64,000 nt of DNA, taken from assembly GCA_019828565.1 (NCBI GenBank), contig JAHDYR010000021.1, positions 154,982 to 218,981 of the forward strand, given 5' to 3'. A program made the translations under genes and the position numbers. How positions within the stretch are numbered: the first letter of the stretch is position 1; every line of letters starts with the position of its first letter. A model generated the notes under the pieces. It saw nothing but the letters and a program-made list of their open reading frames with translations, did no database searches and was not told the origin of the DNA. Origin of the DNA: Carpediemonas membranifera BICM (Eukaryota; Protista; Fornicata). Of this stretch, positions 58,301 to 64,000 are shown piece after piece.

Positions 58301-61300
58301 CCTCCCGCGGAGCTGTCGCCAGTCGCGTACACTGTGCAATACATCTCATTAGTGCGTCTGATGACGCCAGTGAATTGGCTGTAGCGACTCGACTCGACGC
58401 GTGGTTGTGCGTGTGTCTCACCCAGGTCTGCCCCCCGCACCATGCCGACACGCAACCGCCACTGCTCTCGCTGTGCAGCCCACAGACACTGTCCAGCGTG
58501 TGCTGAAGGGGCAGCCAGCGGACCTCGGCTCAGTCCGCCAAGCGGCTGGTCGTGCGGGAGTTGCGAAATGGGGTCGACCCCCAATCTGCGAGCTGGATGC
58601 AGCCAGACGACGCGCTCCTGGAATCGGCAGGGCGCATTACACCCTGCGTATTCCGGTAGCGCGCGGTTCTGCCGCGCCCAGATCGTCCCAGTCGGACCCG
58701 CCCAGATGGGGTCGACCTCAGATGTCGACACCAGACTCACGCGTCCAATCGCGGGACGGTCAGCCATGTTTACTTAGCTCTGTGCAATGAATACGCGCTG
58801 CTGCTGGCTCGGTGCAAGCAGCTCGAAGTGGCAGCGCGTAGAGTCGACACCAGTCGCACTTCTGTTCGCGCCCCTCCCGCGGAGCTGTCGCCAGTCGCGT
58901 ACACTGTGCAATACATCTCATTAGTGCGTCTGATGACGCCAGTGAATTGGCTGTAGCGACTCGACTCGACGCGTGGTTGTGCGTGTGTCTCACCCAGGTC
59001 TGCCCCCCGCACCATGCCGACACGCAACCGCCACTGCTCTCGCTGTGCAGCCCACAGACACTGCCCAGTGTGTGCTGAAGGGGCAGCCAGCGGACCTCGG
59101 CTCAGTCCGCCAAGCGGCTGGTCGTGCGGGAGTTGCGAAATGGGGTCGACCCCCAATCTGCGAGCTGGATGCAGCCAGACGACGCGCTCCTGGAATCGGC
59201 AGGGCGCATTACACCCTGCGTATTCCGGTAGCGCGCGGTTCTGCCGCGCCCAGATCGTCCCAGTCGGACCCGCCCAGATGGGGTCGACCTCAGATGTCGA
59301 CACCAGACTCACGCGTCCAATCGCGGGACGGTCAGCCATGTTTACTTAGCTCTGTGCAATGAATACGCGCTGCTGCTGGCTCGGTGCAAGCAGCTCGAAG
59401 TGGCAGCGCGTAGAGTCGACACCAGTCGCACTTCTGTTCGCGCCCCTCCCGCGGAGCTGTCGCCAGTCGCGTACACTGTGCAATACATCTCATTAGTGCG
59501 TCTGATGACGCCAGTGAATTGGCTGTAGCGACTCGACTCGACGCGTGGTTGTGCGTGTGTCTCACCCAGGTCTGCCCCCGCACCATGCCGACACACAACC
59601 GCCACTGCTCTCGCTGTGCAGCCCACAGACACTGCCCAGTGTGTGCTGAAGGGGCAGCCAGCGGACCTCGGCTCAGTCCGCCAAGCGGCTGGTCGTGCGG
59701 GAGTTGCGAAATGGGGTCGACCCCCAATCTGCGAGCTGGATGCAGCCAGACGACGCGCTCCTGGAATCGGCAGGGCGCATTACACCCTGCGTATTCCGGT
59801 AGCGCGCGGTTCTGCCGCGCCCAGATCGTCCCAGTCGGACCCGCCCAGATGGGGTCGACCTCAGATGTCGACACCAGACTCACGCGTCCAATCGCGGGAC
59901 GGTCAGCCATGTTTACTTAGCTCTGTGCAATGAATACGCGCTGCTGCTGGCTCGGTGCAAGCAGCTCGAAGTGGCAGCGCGTAGAGTCGACACCAGTCGC
60001 ACTTCTGTTCGCGCCCCTCCCGCGGAGCTGTCGCCAGTCGCGTACACTGTGCAATACATCTCATTAGTGCGTCTGATGACGCCAGTGAATTGGCTGTAGC
60101 GACTCGACTCGACGCGTGGTTGTGCGTGTGTCTCACCCAGGTCTGCCCCCGCACCATGCCGACACGCAACCGCCACTGCTCTCGCTGTGCAGCCCACAGA
60201 CACTGCCCAGTGTGTGCTGGAAGGGGCAGCCAGCGGACCTCGGCTCAGTCCGCCAAGCGGCTGGTCGTGCGGGAGTTGCGAAATGGGGTCGACCCCCAAT
60301 CTGCGAGCTGGATGCAGCCAGACGACGCGCTCCTGGAATCGGCAGGGCGCATTACACCCTGCGTATTCCGGTAGCGCGCGGTTCTGCCGCGCCCAGATCG
60401 TCCCAGTCGGACCCGCCCAGATGGGGTCGACCTCAGATGTCGACACCAGACTCACGCGTCCAATCGCGGGACGGTCAGCCATGTTTACTTAGCTCTGTGC
60501 AATGAATACGCGCTGCTGCTGGCTCGGTGCAAGCAGCTCGAAGTGGCAGCGCGTAGAGTCGACACCAGTCGCACTTCTGTTCGCGCCCCTCCCGCGGAGC
60601 TGTCGCCAGTCGCGTACACTGTGCAATACATCTCATTAGTGCGTCTGATGACGCCAGTGAATTGGCTGTAGCGACTCGACTCGACGCGTGGTTGTGCGTG
60701 TGTCTCACCCAGGTCTGCCCCCCGCACCATGCCGACACGCAACCGCCACTGCTCTCGCTGTGCAGCCCACAGACACTGCCCAGCGTGTGCTGAAGGGGCA
60801 GCCAGCGGACCTCGGCTCAGTCCGCCAAGCGGCTGGTCGTGCGGGAGTTGCGAAATGGGGTCGACCCCCAATCTGCGAGCTGGATGCAGCCAGACGACGC
60901 GCTCCTGGAATCGGCAGGGCGCATTACACCCTGCGTATTCCGGTAGCGCGCGGTTCTGCCGCGCCCAGATCGTCCCAGTCGGACCCGCCCAGATGGGGTC
61001 GACCTCAGATGTCGACACCAGACTCACGCGTCCAATCGCGGGACGGTCAGCCATGTTTACTTAGCTCTGTGCAATGAATACGCGCTGCTGCTGGCTCGGT
61101 GCAAGCAGCTCGAAGTGGCAGCGCGTAGAGTCGACACCAGTCGCACTTCTGTTCGCGCCCCTCCCGCGGAGCTGTCGCCAGTCGCGTACACTGTGCAATA
61201 CATCTCATTAGTGCGTCTGATGACGCCAGTGAATTGGCTGTAGCGACTCGACTCGACGCGTGGTTGTGCGTGTGTCTCACCCAGGTCTGCCCCCGCACCA

Positions 61301-64000
61301 TGCCGACACGCAACCGCCACTGCTCTCGCTGTGCAGCCCACAGACACTGTCCAGCGTGTGCTGAAGGGGCAGCCAGCGGACCTCGGCTCAGTCCGCCAAG
61401 CGGCTGGTCGTGCGGGAGTTGCGAAATGGGGTCGACCCCCAATCTGCGAGCTGGATGCAGCCAGACGACGCGCTCCTGGAATCGGCAGGGCGCATTACAC
61501 CCCTGCGTATTCCGGTAGCGCGCGGTTCTGCCGCGCCCAGATCGTCCCAGTCGGACCCGCCCAGATGGGGTCGACCTCAGATGTCGACACCAGACTCACG
61601 CGTCCAATCGCGGGACGGTCAGCCATGTTTACTTAGCTCTGTGCAATGAATACGCGCTGCTGCTGGCTCGGTGCAAGCAGCTCGAAGTGGCAGCGCGTAG
61701 AGTCGACACCAGTCGCACTTCTGTTCGCGCCCCTCCCGCGGAGCTGTCGCCAGTCGCGTACACTGTGCAATACATCTCATTAGTGCGTCTGATGACGCCA
61801 GTGAATTGGCTGTAGCGACTCGACTCGACGCGTGGTTGTGCGTGTGTCTCACCCAGGTCTGCCCCCCGCACCATGCCGACACGCAACCGCCACTGCTCTC
61901 GCTGTGCAGCCCACAGACACTGCCCAGCGTGTGCTGAAGGGGCAGCCAGCGGACCTCGGCTCAGTCCGCCAAGCGGCTGGTCGTGCGGGAGTTGCGAAAT
62001 GGGGTCGACCCCCAATCTGCGAGCTGGATGCAGCCAGACGACGCGCTCCTGGAATCGGCAGGGCGCATTACACCCTGCGTATTCCGGTAGCGCGCGGTTC
62101 TGCCGCGCCCAGATCGTCCCAGTCGGACCCGCCCAGATGGGGTCGACCTCAGATGTCGACACCAGACTCACGCGTCCAATCGCGGGACGGTCAGCCATGT
62201 TTACTTAGCTCTGTGCAATGAATACGCGCTGCTGCTGGCTCGGTGCAAGCAGCTCGAAGTGGCAGCGCGTAGAGTCGACACCAGTCGCACTTCTGTTCGC
62301 GCCCCTCCCGCGGAGCTGTCGCCAGTCGCGTACACTGTGCAATACATCTCATTAGTGCGTCTGATGACGCCAGTGAATTGGCTGTAGCGACTCGACTCGA
62401 CGCGTGGTTGTGCGTGTGTCTCACCCAGGTCTGCCCCCCGCACCATGCCGACACGCAACCGCCACTGCTCTCGCTGTGCAGCCCACAGACACTGCCCAGC
62501 GTGTGCTGAAGGGGCAGCCAGCGGACCTCGGCTCAGTCCGCCAAGCGGCTGGTCGTGCGGGAGTTGCGAAATGGGGTCGACCCCCAATCTGCGAGCTGGA
62601 TGCAGCCAGACGACGCGCTCCTGGAATCGGCAGGGCGCATTACACCCTGCGTATTCCGGTAGCGCGCGGTTCTGCCGCGCCCAGATCGTCCCAGTCGGAC
62701 CCGCCCAGATGGGGTCGACCTCAGATGTCGACACCAGACTCACGCGTCCAATCGCGGGACGGTCAGCCATGTTTACTTAGCTCTGTGCAATGAATACGCG
62801 CTGCTGCTGGCTCGGTGCAAGCAGCTCGAAGTGGCAGCGCGTAGAGTCGACACCAGTCGCACTTCTGTTCGCGCCCCTCCCGCGGAGCTGTCGCCAGTCG
62901 CGTACACTGTGCAATACATCTCATTAGTGCGTCTGATGACGCCAGTGAATTGGCTGTAGCGACTCGACTCGACGCGTGGTTGTGCGTGTGTCTCACCCAG
63001 GTCTGCCCCCCGCACCATGCCGACACGCAACCGCCACTGCTCTCGCTGTGCAGCCCACAGACACTGCCCAGCGTGTGCTGAAGGGGCAGCCAGCGGACCT
63101 CGGCTCAGTCCGCCAAGCGGCTGGTCGTGCGGGAGTTGCGAAATGGGGTCGACCCCCAATCTGCGAGCTGGATGCAGCCAGACGACGCGCTCCTGGAATC
63201 GGCAGGGCGCATTACACCCTGCGTATTCCGGTAGCGCGCGGTTCTGCCGCGCCCAGATCGTCCCAGTCGGACCCGCCCAGATGGGGTCGACCTCAGATGT
63301 CGACACCAGACTCACGCGTCCAATCGCGGGACGGTCAGCCATGTTTACTTAGCTCTGTGCAATGAATACGCGCTGCTGCTGGCTCGGTGCAAGCAGCTCG
63401 AAGTGGCAGCGCGTAGAGTCGACACCAGTCGCACTTCTGTTCGCGCCCCTCCCGCGGAGCTGTCGCCAGTCGCGTACACTGTGCAATACATCTCATTAGT
63501 GCGTCTGATGACGCCAGTGAATTGGCTGTAGCGACTCGACTCGACGCGTGGTTGTGCGTGTGTCTCACCCAGGTCTGCCCCCCGCACCATGCCGACACGC
63601 AACCGCCACTGCTCTCGCTGTGCAGCCCACAGACACTGCCCAGCGTGTGCTGAAGGGGCAGCCAGCGGACCTCGGCTCAGTCCGCCAAGCGGCTGGTCGT
63701 GCGGGAGTTGCGAAATGGGGTCGACCCCCAATCTGCGAGCTGGATGCAGCCAGACGACGCGCTCCTGGAATCGGCAGGGCGCATTACACCCTGCGTATTC
63801 CGGTAGCGCGCGGTTCTGCCGCGCCCAGATCGTCCCAGTCGGACCCGCCCAGATGGGGTCGACCTCAGATGTCGACACCAGACTCACGCGTCCAATCGCG
63901 GGACGGTCAGCCATGTTTACTTAGCTCTGTGCAATGAATACGCGCTGCTGCTGCTGGCTCAGTGCAAAGCAGCTCCCGAGAAGTAATGGCAGCGCGGCAG
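55324..64000. repeat. Tandem array 2 of the same 572-bp unit (>15 copies, runs off the window)
   Basis: Same unit and orientation as array 1; first ~40 bp diverged; last ~50 bp degraded. Confidence 0.98.

Noticed and set aside
39499-63937. Recurring 87-192 aa ORFs inside the 572-bp arrays
   Set aside because: No motifs, Arg/Ala/Pro/Cys-rich composition, overlap in several frames, and frame-breaking 1-bp variants are tolerated; typical GC-rich shadow ORFs

Overview
Gene-dense, GC-rich eukaryotic nuclear DNA with short GT-AG introns and the standard genetic code. The ADP-forming acetyl-CoA synthetase, compact gene spacing and tiny introns suggest an anaerobic metamonad protist (Carpediemonas-like; inferred, not verified). 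Most of the window is housekeeping genes: INO1, VAMP7-like, SERF, VPS11, ALG1, PFDN2, ACSL, RPB6, PLB, SLX1, CTF8, PSMA6, PIP5K, CDC50 and DBP10. Three non-routine structures stand out. (1) Two divergent, degraded Fanzor (eukaryotic TnpB-like RuvC nuclease) elements at about 31015-32614 and 48805-51245. Neither encodes a transposase. Each is bracketed by a 32-35 bp near-perfect DIRECT repeat, the repeats of the two loci share a core motif, each element ends 20-40 bp upstream of a host start codon, and locus B has a hairpin-rich omegaRNA-like 3' region. (2) Two arrays of a highly homogeneous, hairpin-rich 572-bp unit (39296-46367 and about 55324-64000). They are in register across a 9-kb gene island that contains Fanzor B. 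(3) A 2.8-kb inverted duplication placing two acetyl-CoA synthetase genes head-to-head. Several homopolymer frameshifts in host genes are probably long-read assembly errors.
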